Shown: piece by piece, positions 51,979 to 64,000 of the stretch
Numbering within the stretch: the first letter of the stretch is position 1
How the letters are laid out: each line of letters begins with the position of its first letter
NCBI GenBank assembly: GCA_964016885.1
Contig: OZ024746.1
Location: forward strand, 18,848,001 to 18,912,000
Source: Eledone cirrhosa
Taxonomy: Eukaryota
Direction of reading: 5' to 3'
Length of the DNA: 64,000 nucleotides
Translations under genes and position numbers: made by a program
Notes under the pieces: generated by a model
What the model was told of the DNA's origin: nothing
The model's database searches: none
Seen by the model: the letters and a program-made list of their open reading frames with translations, nothing else

Positions 51979-53361
51979 TCCTACTGTCTACAAGCTAAGA
52001 AAGTTTACCAAAATATTGTTCAATATTATTATTAGTATGCTTTTAATGCTATTTACCTGAAAAATGATTACACTCTGTGTACAGTAATACACATACATGT
52101 ATGTGCATACACGCACACACATATATATAATCCAATTATTAAAATCCTTTTACTCTGATAATTAAATCAGGTGAACAACAGAACCTTCTAGATGCTTTAC
52201 AGCTTCCGTTGCTTCCCATTTTTTTCTTTATCTTTTCTAATGCTTATTCTGCCTCCTGTTGGCCTTCCAAATTTATTTTTTGCTTTAGAGTTTAATGTTT
52301 ATATTCACTTATCTCTGTATATCTTGTTTTTTGTTTCTCAACTGTAATTACTACTAGATACATCCCTAGTCTGGCATGGCTTACTAGCTCTATACGGACA
52401 TTTAATTTGATTAATAAATAAATAAATAGGTGACAAAGGAGTGTGATGCTTGGTAAGGTGCAGTGCTGGAGTAAACCTGTCCTCTTATGTAAGCAGGTTG
52501 AAACAAGCATTTAAAGGGATGAGAGTGTGGAGGGTGAGAGATGTATTTATATTTAGGTAGCCCCACCCCCTACTCCAGTATATACCCCTTAAGTCTCCAT
52601 CTGCTGTCCCCACCATCTTCACTTGTTTTCTTTTCATCTTTATCAGTCTCTCCCACTCCCTCTCCATATATTCACTGTACCCTATTGCCCCCATAACTGG
52701 AAATATCTCATGATTTATCAAACCCTGCCACCCACTGCCATTTGATGCTCACCTATCCATGGACTCCCTTATTCAGAACAGGATCCTTTTCACAATCCTG
52801 TATACATCCAATCCCTTCCCCACTTTCCAATCTACTCCCATCCCCTCTAAACTACTATCCCTCCATCTATCACCCAACATGTAGGCTCTCTCTCTCTTTC
52901 TCGGCAACAAACAAGCTGTTACTAGTCTCTCTGTAAGGGTCTCTTATCCCCCCCCCTCTCCCATTACAGCTTCTTCTCGCACTGATGAGGACACAACCTT
53001 TCTAGTGTTAGAGCCATAATAACATGCACCCAGTATGCTCTATAAAGTAGTTGGCATTAGGAAGGGCATCCAGCAAGAGAAACAATGCCAAAAATGGAAT
53101 GTATGAGCATGAGAAAGACATGGATCTCCAAACTATGATGTTTGTGACGATACATCCAACCCATGATGGCATTGAAAAGATATGTAAAATGATGATGATG
53201 ATGATGATGGTGGGAGTAGTAATGATAATGGTGGTGGTGATGGAGGTAGGGGTGGGAGTGGTGATGCTAAATTATTTAAGCAAAAAATTAACTGGAATCA
53301 AATTCAACACTGCATAATTTTTTTTGTCACCAATTTAAAGAGGAAGCTTGAGGTCAGTAGA

Positions 53362-53785
53362 TTCTTTTCCTTCTTATTCCTGAGAGGGTCATGGAGGCAG
53401 AGTCCTCAAACACTCCTTCCAGTGGGTGTTGTCAGAAGTAACCATCTCCAATTGATGTGGATGGATCCCCAAGTGAGACCAGCTGAACTCATGGATGTTA
53501 GCCAACCATTTTGCTCAGGGTCTACCTATGGGTCTCCTGCCAGTTGGTTTTGGCTGTAAAATCTGTCCAGTGATTATTTCCTGAGACATTCTAACTACAT
53601 GCCTGTAGTATTGGAACTATGATCTCTCAATTCGGAGAAATAGTGGCTCTACCTGGAGCAACTCTCTGATCTCCGAGCTACATTACTTCAAAGACCCTTT
53701 GGAGGAACCCCATTTCGGCTGCTTGTATTTACAATCATATTCTTTTAGTCATTACTCAAGATTCATGGCCATAAGCAAAGTTTGT
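53362..53785 (-). mobile_element. RTE LINE 3' fragment (family B)
   Basis: Aligns by eye with 15050-15500. Confidence 0.8.
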
Positions 53786-53877
53786 GATTACCCTTTATAA
53801 ATGACATATTTTCATACTATACCACCTACACTCAGTAGTCATTATAAAAAGGAAGATATAGAAGCTCCATTATGTTG

Positions 53878-54110
53878 CAAGCCTGGAAACTCATCAGGCC
53901 AGTACTTATCCCAGTTTCTGTAACATGAGGTGACAGAGTACAAGACTCCCCTTGAACAGGATTCCAGTCCATCGCAGGGTTAAACCCCTAACTATTGCTG
54001 GTACTCATTTTCAGCTAAGTATACTGGAGCAAACACACAAGTCCAGGAATCAAACCAATGACATTGTGATCGTAAGTCCAACACCCTTACCACTAGGTCA
54101 TGTGTCTCCA
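53878..54110 (-). mobile_element. SINE family B, near full length
   Basis: Minus head TGGAGACACATGACCTAGTGGTAAGGG...GGTTTGATTCC; body GCGATGGACTGG. Confidence 0.78.
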
Positions 54111-54771
54111 TTATGTTGAAACATTAACATCAAATAGAATGAGAAGAAAATAAAATCAAGTGATAGACTAACATTAATAATAAGTTTTACTATCATGTCT
54201 TTCAAGATTGTAAAGCTAGTTAGTTTCCCTACTGGTACTATATAACATGTACCTACAGAAGAGACACAGGATTTATAAAAATAGGTCTTAGAAGTTAAAT
54301 GTCTAGCCGATAAGTAAGATAGATGTACGAAATAGGATGAAAACTGAGAGCCTATCATAGATTTCTTGATCCCTGCTTCCATTCTCTATCTTTCTGCCAA
54401 AATTAGATTGCATTTATCTATCATATTTCAGAGAGTGTGATGTTCTAATAATAGATTTAATCACACTTTAACTGATGATGGTGATGATGATAAAAAAATT
54501 AAATTATGTTTGTTTGCGTATTTATACATACATAATCCTAACCTATATGTATATATACATACAAACTATATACACACACACACACATATATACATAAATA
54601 TTTGTGTATGTGTGTGTGTAATTAAATTTAATGCTACAACAAAAACAAACACAGACCCTTGTTTCTCTATGTTATGTCTTCGTTGTAGTACCCATTGTTT
54701 AAGATATATTAAATACTTTGTCCCATGGACTGAGTACTCTACACCTTGGATATCTTTACAAAATCATTATT

Positions 54772-55153
54772 TTGGCAGTATCGGTAGAGTCGGACGCCAT
54801 GCTTTCCAGCATAGTTATGTCCCTTTACGGTCTGAGTTCAAATCCCGCCGAGGTTAACTTTGCCTTTCATCCTTACGGGGTCGATAAAATAAAGTACCAG
54901 TAATGTACTGGGTATTTGATGGCCTTGTGCCAAAAGTAGAAACAATTATTACACTATGTAGGGCGGTGGATTGGCAGTGTCGGTAGAGGGTTGGACGCCA
55001 TGCTTTGACGTATAGAGTTACGGCCCTAGCCATTCTGAATTCAAATCCCGCCGAGATTAACTTTGACTTTCATCCTTACGGGGTCGATAAAATAAAGTAC
55101 CAGTAATGCACTGGGTAATTGCTGGCCTTGTGCCAAAAGTAGAAACAATTATT
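54772..55153 (+). mobile_element. Tandem dimer of family-A SINEs
   Basis: Copies at 54772-54950 and 54961-55153; direct repeat attattacactatgta on both sides of the second. Confidence 0.9.
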
Positions 55154-55829
55154 ACACTATGTATATATCATCATCATCCTCATTATTATTGTTTAACATC
55201 CATTTTCCATGCTAGCATGGGTAGGACGGGCTGTCCCTTTGGGGGTGATCAGGTTGGAGGATTGTGTTTTGCTCACACAGGGCTGATTTTGGCTTGGCTG
55301 CTACAGCTGCATGTCCTTTTCAAATGCCATATATATATATGGTGGCTGCCAACTCGTTTTCGAGTACGGCCACTACTTTATATCCATGTAGGAGAACCCC
55401 TACCGATGCGCTGAACGAGTGTGACTTTTTAGTCCAGCCAGTGACTTGAAAACTCTGGTACAAACACTACACTTGTGACAATTATTGACACATAGTGCTG
55501 GGCCCATGGTACCATGTGACGACAAGTGCAGAGAGATCTCCAGATATAAAGCAATGCCTGTGCCGTGAAGCTTTTATAGTGAGCAAAGGCACTGCACAAA
55601 GCCAGTCCCACTCTCTTAACCAAGATGATATTTACCAAAAAGAAGAACAAGTCAACATCATTGGATACCATCAGGGTTGCAGGTATTATATCAGAGTTTT
55701 CCTTCTCCTAGAATTCTGCCATGACAAAGGCTAAGGAGTCATCTCTCCCGGTGATTTTGGATGGCCATTGACTCTTAAGAGCTCCTTTGCCCTTTTACAG
55801 ATTTTGTTATTAGTCCTGCAGGATGTCCA

Positions 55830-55857
55830 TATATACATACATACATACATACATACA

Positions 55858-55907
<50 letters not shown>

Positions 55908-55930
55908 CATACATATATACATACACACAC
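55830..55930. repeat. (ATAC)n/(TA)n compound microsatellite
   Basis: Direct reading. Confidence 0.9.
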
Positions 55931-57314
55931 ATTAAATTCAATCTTTTTATGGAAAGAAATCACTACAATAAATTATAGAAGACAAAATGAATGAGATGTT
56001 AGCTTGGAATTCTGATTTAAACTGAAGATTAAAGATAAACAAATTTTAATTATTATCTCTTCTTAATTTATAAAGTAGGAATTTGATAATTCTACAGTGA
56101 AATGAATTTGCTAAGTAATGTGAAAACATTTTAGGGTAAAAAAATTTTTGTAAATATAATTCAACTTCTTATGAGCATAATCATTTTACAAAAATAAAAA
56201 TTTCCCAACATTGCATTATATAAAAACAGAAATATTTACCATATATACTCATGTATATGTCATATACCAGCATTTTATATTACTATAACTCTGAATGAGT
56301 ACGTAGGGTGTTTTGGTGTTTGTTGGTAACTTAAAATCATGACAATACAACTCTCTCTACTATTTGTAGATGTAATTACAGCAAATGTATAACACAGTTA
56401 CGTTGAAATGAATTAATAATGGTTTCTACTTTTGGCACAAGACCAGCAATTATCCCAGTGCATTACTGGTACTTTATTTTATTGACCCCGTAAGGATGAA
56501 AGGCTAATATTATATTACTATTAAATTCATATTATCATGGAATACATATGCCTGGATGATGATTGCTGGGTGAAGAAGTGCCAAGAAATCCCAGTGGAAG
56601 GAAGCCACAGTAGAGGTAGACCAAGGAAGACCTGGGTAGAGAACTCAAATCACTGAAACTCAGAGGAGATGACAAAGGAACATGATGAGGGGAGAGATGC
56701 TGAAATGGACCCATCCAACCCATACAAGTGTAGAAAAATGGACGTAAAACGATGATGCTGATGATGTTTCAAACAAACAAATCACCGATATAATTCTCAG
56801 ATAAAAAAAAATTTTTTTGTTTGTGAATTTTGAAATTAGAATGAATGAATGAACCTACACATTTTCAGGATTTCACAATGACTTTCAACCAATAAGTTAG
56901 ATTTAAATCCAGAAAAGTATAAACAAGATGAGTGAAGAGATGCTGTGCTAAAAGGGAACCGTCTGACCCATGCAAGTGTGGAAAAACAGATGTAAAAACA
57001 ATAATGATATCAAAATAAAAAAAAATACTACTGCTACTATAAATATATATATATTTTTTCATTAATGCTTTGCTCTTGTTTCACACCATAGAATGTTTAA
57101 CCCCTTCACACATATTTACACAAGATTCTATTGGACATGCAGCTGTTGATAATTTCTCACAGCTACCGTGAAACACCGACACGGTATGGCAGTCAAATGT
57201 CTGATAATCTTTATATCAGTAAAAATACCACTTACATAAAATGTTAGTTTAAAAGTGCTAGTGGATATATATATATATATATATATATACATATGATGAT
57301 GATGATGATACACC

Positions 57315-57490
57315 TGAGGGTAGGCTGATTATGAAGGAGTGATGCTATAGCTGTGAAATTTCATTAATTTCAATTCTTCTTATTAATAGCTGCATTATTT
57401 GTTTCCATGGACTATTTTGAAAAATAAACATCATTTAGTCATTCCATGAGAATATCTTGGTCAGCATATAAACTTTTCAGCTGACGCTCG
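57315..57490. mobile_element. Tc1/mariner-type MITE, left end damaged
   Basis: Right TIR AACTTTTCAGCTGACGCTCG followed by TA; body matches the 8955 and 22399 copies. Confidence 0.72.
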
Positions 57491-57587
57491 TACACACATA
57501 TATATAATTCATAATTGCAAGAAGAGGATATATATATATATAAAATGGAAAACGAAGAATCAGTGATGCATCGGAACGCAATTTATT

Positions 57588-57680
57588 ACGTATTACAATT
57601 GTTTCTCCGGTGAACAGCTTGAGGTGCGATCTGTTTGTGGATCAAACCTGACTCTGGATTCGCAAGTTCCTCTGATACGT
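57588..57680 (-). ncRNA. Putative degenerate type I hammerhead ribozyme (Penelope/retrozyme-like)
   Basis: Minus strand: ACGUAU-CAGAGGA-(~60 nt)-GAAA-C-AAUU-G-UA-AUACGU; 6-bp stem I, palindromic stem III, U4A change in the core. Confidence 0.45.
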
Positions 57681-59004
57681 CTAGTGATTTTGAAGCAAAT
57701 TCTCTATCTATCATATTCTGCTACAAAAGAGCATAGAGTGCTTAACTGGCATAATGCCTATGGACGCATCCTAGCAACCATACAATATATATATATATAT
57801 ATAAACACCTCTGCAGCCTTATTACAGTAATTTGTTGCTTTTTGCGTTTTTATTCATTTACAGTCCATTTTAGATTCTGCTTATTGATTTTTGGATTTTG
57901 TCTATTGATTTTGGATTCTAGTATAGATTTCAGGCTTTGAAAGTTAGTATCCAAGTAATAATTGACTCGTGAATTTAGCCATAAAAGATAGACTAAATGT
58001 TTGATTTTTACATGAATATCTATTGTACACACACACACATACATTATAAATATATATATGGTACAAATAAACAAGTAAATACACACACACATTATAAATA
58101 TATATATATATATGGTACGCATACACAAGTAAATGCACACCCACTCAAGTAAATGCACACACACACAAATACACTATACATAAACAACTTTAAATATATA
58201 ACTTGTTCTGTTCTGAATATTGATTGCTTTCTTTATAAGCACAAGGTTAGTTTTTCTTGTGAGTAGGTTTAGTCCAATATATTGTTTTATCAACCCTGAT
58301 AAAATGAGGAAGTCAATTGCAGTGAGGTTCAAACACAAACAACACACAGCAATGTATTTACAATAAAGCATCTATTTCACTATGCTACTGTCTCACCAAG
58401 CTCCGCTACCCTTGCCCTACATTTTGATATGAATATTACAAAGAGACTAATATTATTTCACAACAGAGTAGATAGATTCTTAAAATAGATACTATTATTT
58501 TTACCTTTTATTTAATTTGAAGATATCACATAAAAGACAGTGGGATAAGGGTTATTTGAATGCTCTTTTTCAGTCACAAATCTAAACAAGATATTTTATT
58601 ATGAAAATTATACAGGACCTGCTGGAAGGAGTGTTTGAGGACTCCTAAGAATAAGTGAGCAAAGAAGAAGAAAATTGTCATTGATATTGTTATAGTAACT
58701 GTTAGACAAATATAATTCTGACTGTGCCAGACATAATGCTGAAGTTATCTCTACAGCTGTTGAGATGTTATTCTCAATGCTTCTATACTGACAATACAAG
58801 GTATAGAAGAGTAAAAACAGCAACTTACCTACTGCAATAGTGTTTACTAAACACTATTGCAGCTTTTGAAAGCAGCTATACTTCTATTTTTTATCATTAT
58901 CATTCCATTCAAACACTCCAGAAATAATTTACAGAAGATGCTAGAATTTAAACAGGTGAGAATCTATATTAAAAATACCTGAATTATAAGTCAATTCAAC
59001 TTGT

Positions 59005-59470
59005 AATCATCATCATCATCACCACCACCACCATTCAATGTCCATTTTCCATGCTTGCATTGGATAGACAAGTTGTCATGTTATGAGACAATTTAGGTCA
59101 GGTAACCATGTTTTGCTCATACAGATCTGTATTTTGTCTTGGTTTCTACAGCTGGGTGTTCTTCCTAACACCAACCATATTACTATGTGAATTGGGTGCT
59201 TTTTATCATGGTACCAAAACGACTATCTAACAGGGTGGACTGCATGCTTTTTCATTATATCACCAGCACAACCACCTTACAAAGTAGACTAGGTCCTTTT
59301 TTTGTTGTCACCAGCACGACCCCATTACAGAGTGGACAGGGGGATTTATCATTGTGTCACCAGTATGACCACCTTACAGAGTGGATTGGGTGCTTTTTCA
59401 TGTCACCAACATGACCGTTTTACAGGAATGATGGACTGGGTGTTTTGTTGTAATAGTACCAGATCACCAC
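59005..59470 (-). mobile_element. SINE family C with an internally amplified ~42-bp unit
   Basis: (TCA/CCA)n tail, ctacagctgggtgttcttcctaacaccaacc, then several diverged gtcaccag.acgacc..ttacagagtgga units. Confidence 0.65.
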
Positions 59471-59665
59471 ATGGGGTGGACATTTGTTAAATGGAATAGG
59501 AAAATAATTAATATGATGTATTCCAAAAGATCTGAAAACAAGCACTATTAAAGTTTTGTGTAAATAGATATTGAAACTAGTTGTAATGCTATTGTAATTG
59601 TAGCCCTCCATGTTAATAAGTCAAAGTGAAAAAATGGGGGTATAACATATGTATTAAAAACAATA

Positions 59666-59800
59666 ACTGGACATATCTACTATAAAAGATGAGGTTGTAT
59701 AAGGTTAATATTAAAATCATGATCTGGACATATCTACTAAAAAAGATGAGGTGTATAAGGTAAGTATTAAAAATAGGATCTGGACATATCTACTATAAAC
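59666..59800. repeat. ~56-bp tandem repeat, about 2.4 copies
   Basis: ctggacatatctacta occurs three times. Confidence 0.8.
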
Positions 59801-60199
59801 TGATTTTGCAAAGGGCAAAAAGCTATGTGTCTACCCCCACCAGCTCAAAAGAGATAAAGAATATAGTGACAGTTCACCATTCTACTCTATTTCCAAAACT
59901 TATAACACAACACATGAATAATAGTGAAAAAAAAACCTCTCTTTATTTTATCCTTATGTGGTTAATAAAATAAAGTACCAGTAATGCACTGGGGTTGATC
60001 TAATCAACTTTACCCCCCCAAAAAAAGATTTTTGGATTTGTGCCAAAATCAGAAACCATTATAAATTAAATTCCTCTCATAAACTCCCTCACTGAAGCTT
60101 GATTAATATTTTTATGAAAGTTACAGCAATGAGTGAAGGACAACAAATATTTTAGTGGTCCATTCAGTTGAAGGTTTTATTGTATATTGTAAAATATTA

Positions 60200-60500
60200 T
60201 TTCATATTAGGTTTTCAGCACTGAGTATAGATTACATTTGAGGTCAACTTTGATATCAATCTTTCGAGGTTGATAGAAAAAAGTACCAGTCTAGTATTTA
60301 GCTAGATTCTTCCTCTATATCGCTTTCTCACTTCCATTCTCTCACTCCCTCTATCATTCAAAAATCATTCTCTGGAAGAAATCTGCTGTGCTCAGACCCA
60401 GAGAGGAGCTGTGCTCTGCCAGGTTTTAACAAATACCCTAGAAATGCCATATGCCACTATGGCGCCCCAATGACTCAAACAAGAGTTATGAGACCATACC
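60200..60500 (+). mobile_element. SINE family A with the alternative long 3' tail (diverged)
   Basis: gaggtcaactttg...aaagtaccagt core, then tttctcacttccattctctcactc...ggaagaaatctgctg tail. Confidence 0.62.
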
Positions 60501-61084
60501 ATAGATTACATTCAACCACTAAATAATACTAGGGCAGGAAGTGCAGCCTGTACCAATAAGTAAATAGCAGGGAGCTTCATTTGCAAAAGGAGGATAATAC
60601 ATTGTATCCTGTATAAAATATCCCCCAAAGCAAGAACTGCACACAGTAGAAAGACTTTTATAATTAAGTAAACCCTATATATGAGCTTATCTGTATGAAG
60701 TTCACTCTTCATGACACTACACTAATATGAACTATGCATGAGAGTCTATCTATGCAATGTTTGTCCTGCAAGACAGTTGAATTGTTTGGAATATATCCTG
60801 CATACTTGCCAAACAGGGGCCAAAATAGCCATAATTTTAACATAGGAAGATATCTAACACAGTTTGTGTAATATATACCACAAATGATAACACAGCATGT
60901 CACCGTTTTAATATATTACCCTAACAGCTAGTGGCATAGATTATATGATAAAATAAGACCCATCCTGTAGATTAGATGAATCAAGAGAAACTCACTAGGA
61001 TGGTTTTGCTGAAGGAGGATATTTAAATCATTCAGCTACTTTACAACATTGAGTTAATAAATATAATGAATGTCAACACATTTT

Positions 61085-61640
61085 AAAGATGTGGGCTCCG
61101 GAAGCCATTGAGAAGGAAGATCATCTAGGAGAGCAGTCAATTTAAATAAACAAGGCTACATAGACTCTACAAGTCTTAGAGAAGGCAACTCGTTTTTGAA
61201 AGCAGTCACTCTGAATTAAATAAGACACAGGGTAGAGAGGAAGTGAAACATGGGCAATGAATGTAGAGGATACATGTAGGTTGAAGAGAAATGAAGTGAG
61301 CATGCTTTCGTGAATGCACAATATTATGTGCTTGATTGGCAAAGTTTGGGTTGGCTGAGAGAAAAAAACTAGGCATAATGGTAATCAGGTATTGCATGCA
61401 AAAGAGAAGGATGTGCTGGTATGGACATGTGATATGCATGGAGGGTGATTGTTGGGTGAATAAGTGCCAGGGGCTCCAAGTGAAAGTAAGTTATAGTGTT
61501 TGGCAGAAGTGATGATAATGGATTTCAAAATTCTGAACCTCATAGAGGAGATGGCAATGATACACAATGTGTGGAGAGAGGCTGCAGTAGAGGAAGACCA
61601 AGGGAGGCCTGGGCAGAGATGGGGAGAATTGTTTATCAAA
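61085..61640 (+). mobile_element. Degenerate RTE LINE C-terminal fragment
   Basis: ggaagtgaaacatgggca (GSETWA), ctggtatggacatgtg (WYGHV), agaggaagaccaagg (RGRPR). Confidence 0.7.
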
Positions 61641-62254
61641 TCCAAGTGTTGACATTTGTTTGTGTTGCCCCAATGAACAATACGGTGTGCAGTGGAGTGG
61701 TTCAATGAATGTGAACAGTATACACCATATGAAAAATAAGGACATCCAACCATAGAAAGTTTGACAAGCAAAGGTTTGGGAGGACTCTTCAGTTGTGTCA
61801 AAGACATAATCTATCCTGTGCACTCAATAGAATGTATGACCATATATAAGCAGGATACAGATGCCTTGGCCTCTCTGGGAGGTCAATGGCCCTGATTCTG
61901 TACTGATTTGGTCTATGTAGACCTCTTGCTCACGGGGAAGTGGACGTTAAAACAATGATGATGATGATGATGATGATATACTTGAAAATATAGTAGACCC
62001 TTATAGATTAATCAGTGACAAATGTATATAAACTGGAAGTAAAGGGAGATACTTTACATCCTTTCAGATATAAAAAAAAAACATTGATTCCTCACATATA
62101 TCATAGCTTGATATTTATTTATTTTTCTTTCTTTTCCAAGAAATTTGTCATCAACATTGAAACTGACGTAAACGTTACATAAGACAGAACAACATGTAAC
62201 AAAGAGAAACATTATTCAGAGTATGATAAACATTTACTGTATATATAATGTGTT

Positions 62255-62630
62255 GTTGGGTGGGGTTGTGTGTAGGTGTGCCATATGTATGTGTATGTCA
62301 TTGGGTGGGGACATGTTTAAGTGTTCTGTGTGTGTATGTGTACCATGTGTGTGTGTGTGTGTGTAGTTGGGGAAGGGGACATAAGTAGGTGTGCTGTCTG
62401 TGTGTGTGTGTGTGTGCAGGGACATGTGTAGGTGTGCTGTGTGTCATTGGGTAGGGACATGTGTAAGTGTTGTGTGTGTGTGTAGCAGGGACATGTGTAG
62501 GTGTGAGGTGTGTGTGTGTGTGTGTGTGTGTAGCAGGGACATGTGTAGGTGTGAGGTGTGCTGTGTGTGTGTCATTGGGTGGGGACATGTGTGTATAGGT
62601 GTGCCATACATGTGTGTGTGTGTCGTTGGT
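62255..62630. repeat. TG-rich minisatellite (gggacatgtgtaggtgtg units)
   Basis: Direct reading. Confidence 0.85.
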
Positions 62631-63071
62631 TTTCCTCAAGAGCATGTTTCATAATTAGTTTGAAAGTACCAAAATAACCACATGCCAACGAGCATATAAA
62701 TTTACAGAGCCCCTTACTTCTATGTATACACAGACAAGAGTGCACATTTATGTCTCTTTCTCTCTCTCTCTATATATATATATCATCATCATCACCATTT
62801 AATGCCTATTCTCCAATAATTGCATGGGCCATATATTATATGTAGTGAAAATAACTATCCTATAATATTCTAGCTCTGTGTATTACATAGAGCACTCTGT
62901 TCCCTTTATATGTTCTACGGAATAATTCAACACTACTTCATCATCATTTAACATCTGCTTTCTCTGCTAGTAAGGGTTGGACGTGTTTACATAGATCAAG
63001 TCAATACTGAATTAGGGCTACTGATGTCCCAGACAGGCTGGGGAGGTTTGTATTCCGCTATATATACATAT

Positions 63072-63290
63072 ATCATCATCATCATCGTTTAAAGTCCATC
63101 TTCCATGCTTGGCTGGGTTTGGACGGGAATTTTCCCACTTGAGGCAAGATTGGTTGTCTTGCTCGTATAGGACTGTCTGGCGAGTTTTCTACGGCTGGAT
63201 GCCCTTCCTAACACCAACCACATTACAGCATGGACTGTGTGTTTTTTGTCGTGAAACCTACACGACCTCATTTATTTCGGACTGGATGTT
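63072..63290 (-). mobile_element. SINE family C 3' part
   Basis: (TCA)n tail, ttccatgcttggctgggtttggacgg and tttctacggctggatgcccttcctaacaccaacc. Confidence 0.72.
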
Positions 63291-64000
63291 GTGGTACACA
63301 TATATATATATAACTGCTTTGTGTATACATAATCAGTTTGCATGTGTGCAGGTAAGTATACATACATATATATATATATATATATATGCTGTTTAGCCTT
63401 ATATTAGTCCTAATTAAGCAGGTCTATGATCATAGATGCTCCAGTCATGACCACCCAGTGTATCTCTGTCTACATGTTCTAAAGTGTCCTGTGTCATATA
63501 TTTTTTGACAAGGTCTGATATGAGAGAGACAGCTGATTGACCACATACATACATTCTCCCTTGTTCACTAAATGTATATATATTTGTTTACACGTTTACC
63601 CACATTCTGCCTTCTGTGGTGCTATGCATCTATGCATGTGTGTGTGTGTGTGTGTAGGCATGTATACTTACATGTTTATTCATATATACACACACACACA
63701 TATATATATATATAGGTTCCTGAATAATGTCGGGGAGGGGGGCTAAAGGTACTCAATACATTGGTAGAGAATATGCATCTTTATTGTATATATTATACAT
63801 TCCTGATGATATCTTATGAATGAAACAGTTCTAGTCCTGTAGAAGTCATATCCACCCCACTCTCGTACATACAGAGAGAGAGTGAGCGAGAGGTGTCATC
63901 ATCAAAAGCTTTATTAGATGTAAAGAGTTTTATGTAGAGAGAGAGAGTGAGAGGGAGATGGTGGGTTACATCGACAGTATCAAATCAATTCATATAGAGT

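Noticed and set aside
52975-53015. Second hammerhead candidate (CTGATGAG plus gacac/gtgtt stem)
   Set aside because: No GAAA, stem III or stem I partner follows; at most a truncated relic.

Overview
AT-rich, repeat-dense eukaryotic DNA. The tRNA-derived SINE families, RTE-clade LINE fragments and microsatellites look like an octopus/coleoid cephalopod genome (recognised from memory, not searched). I can support two coding exons, both on the minus strand, of an ARHGAP39 (Vilse/RhoGAP93B) orthologue: a WW-domain exon (24087-23949) spliced in frame across a 21,920-nt intron to a 96-nt exon (2028-1933). The rest appears intronic: three SINE families, many RTE pieces, hAT, piggyBac and mariner MITEs, a mariner transposase remnant and several minisatellites. 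The most interesting observations are: three independent fold-back hairpins built from one SINE family (up to ~225-bp arms); SINE copies inserting into each other's (AAT)n tails with visible target-site duplications; a pair of palindromic MITEs bracketing the WW exon; a degenerate type I hammerhead ribozyme on the gene's sense strand; and a 34-bp minisatellite with higher-order structure seeded inside a SINE. I found no CRISPR array or prokaryotic system, and no novel system is demonstrated; the functional ideas are hypotheses. Repeat boundaries were read by eye and may be off by some bases.
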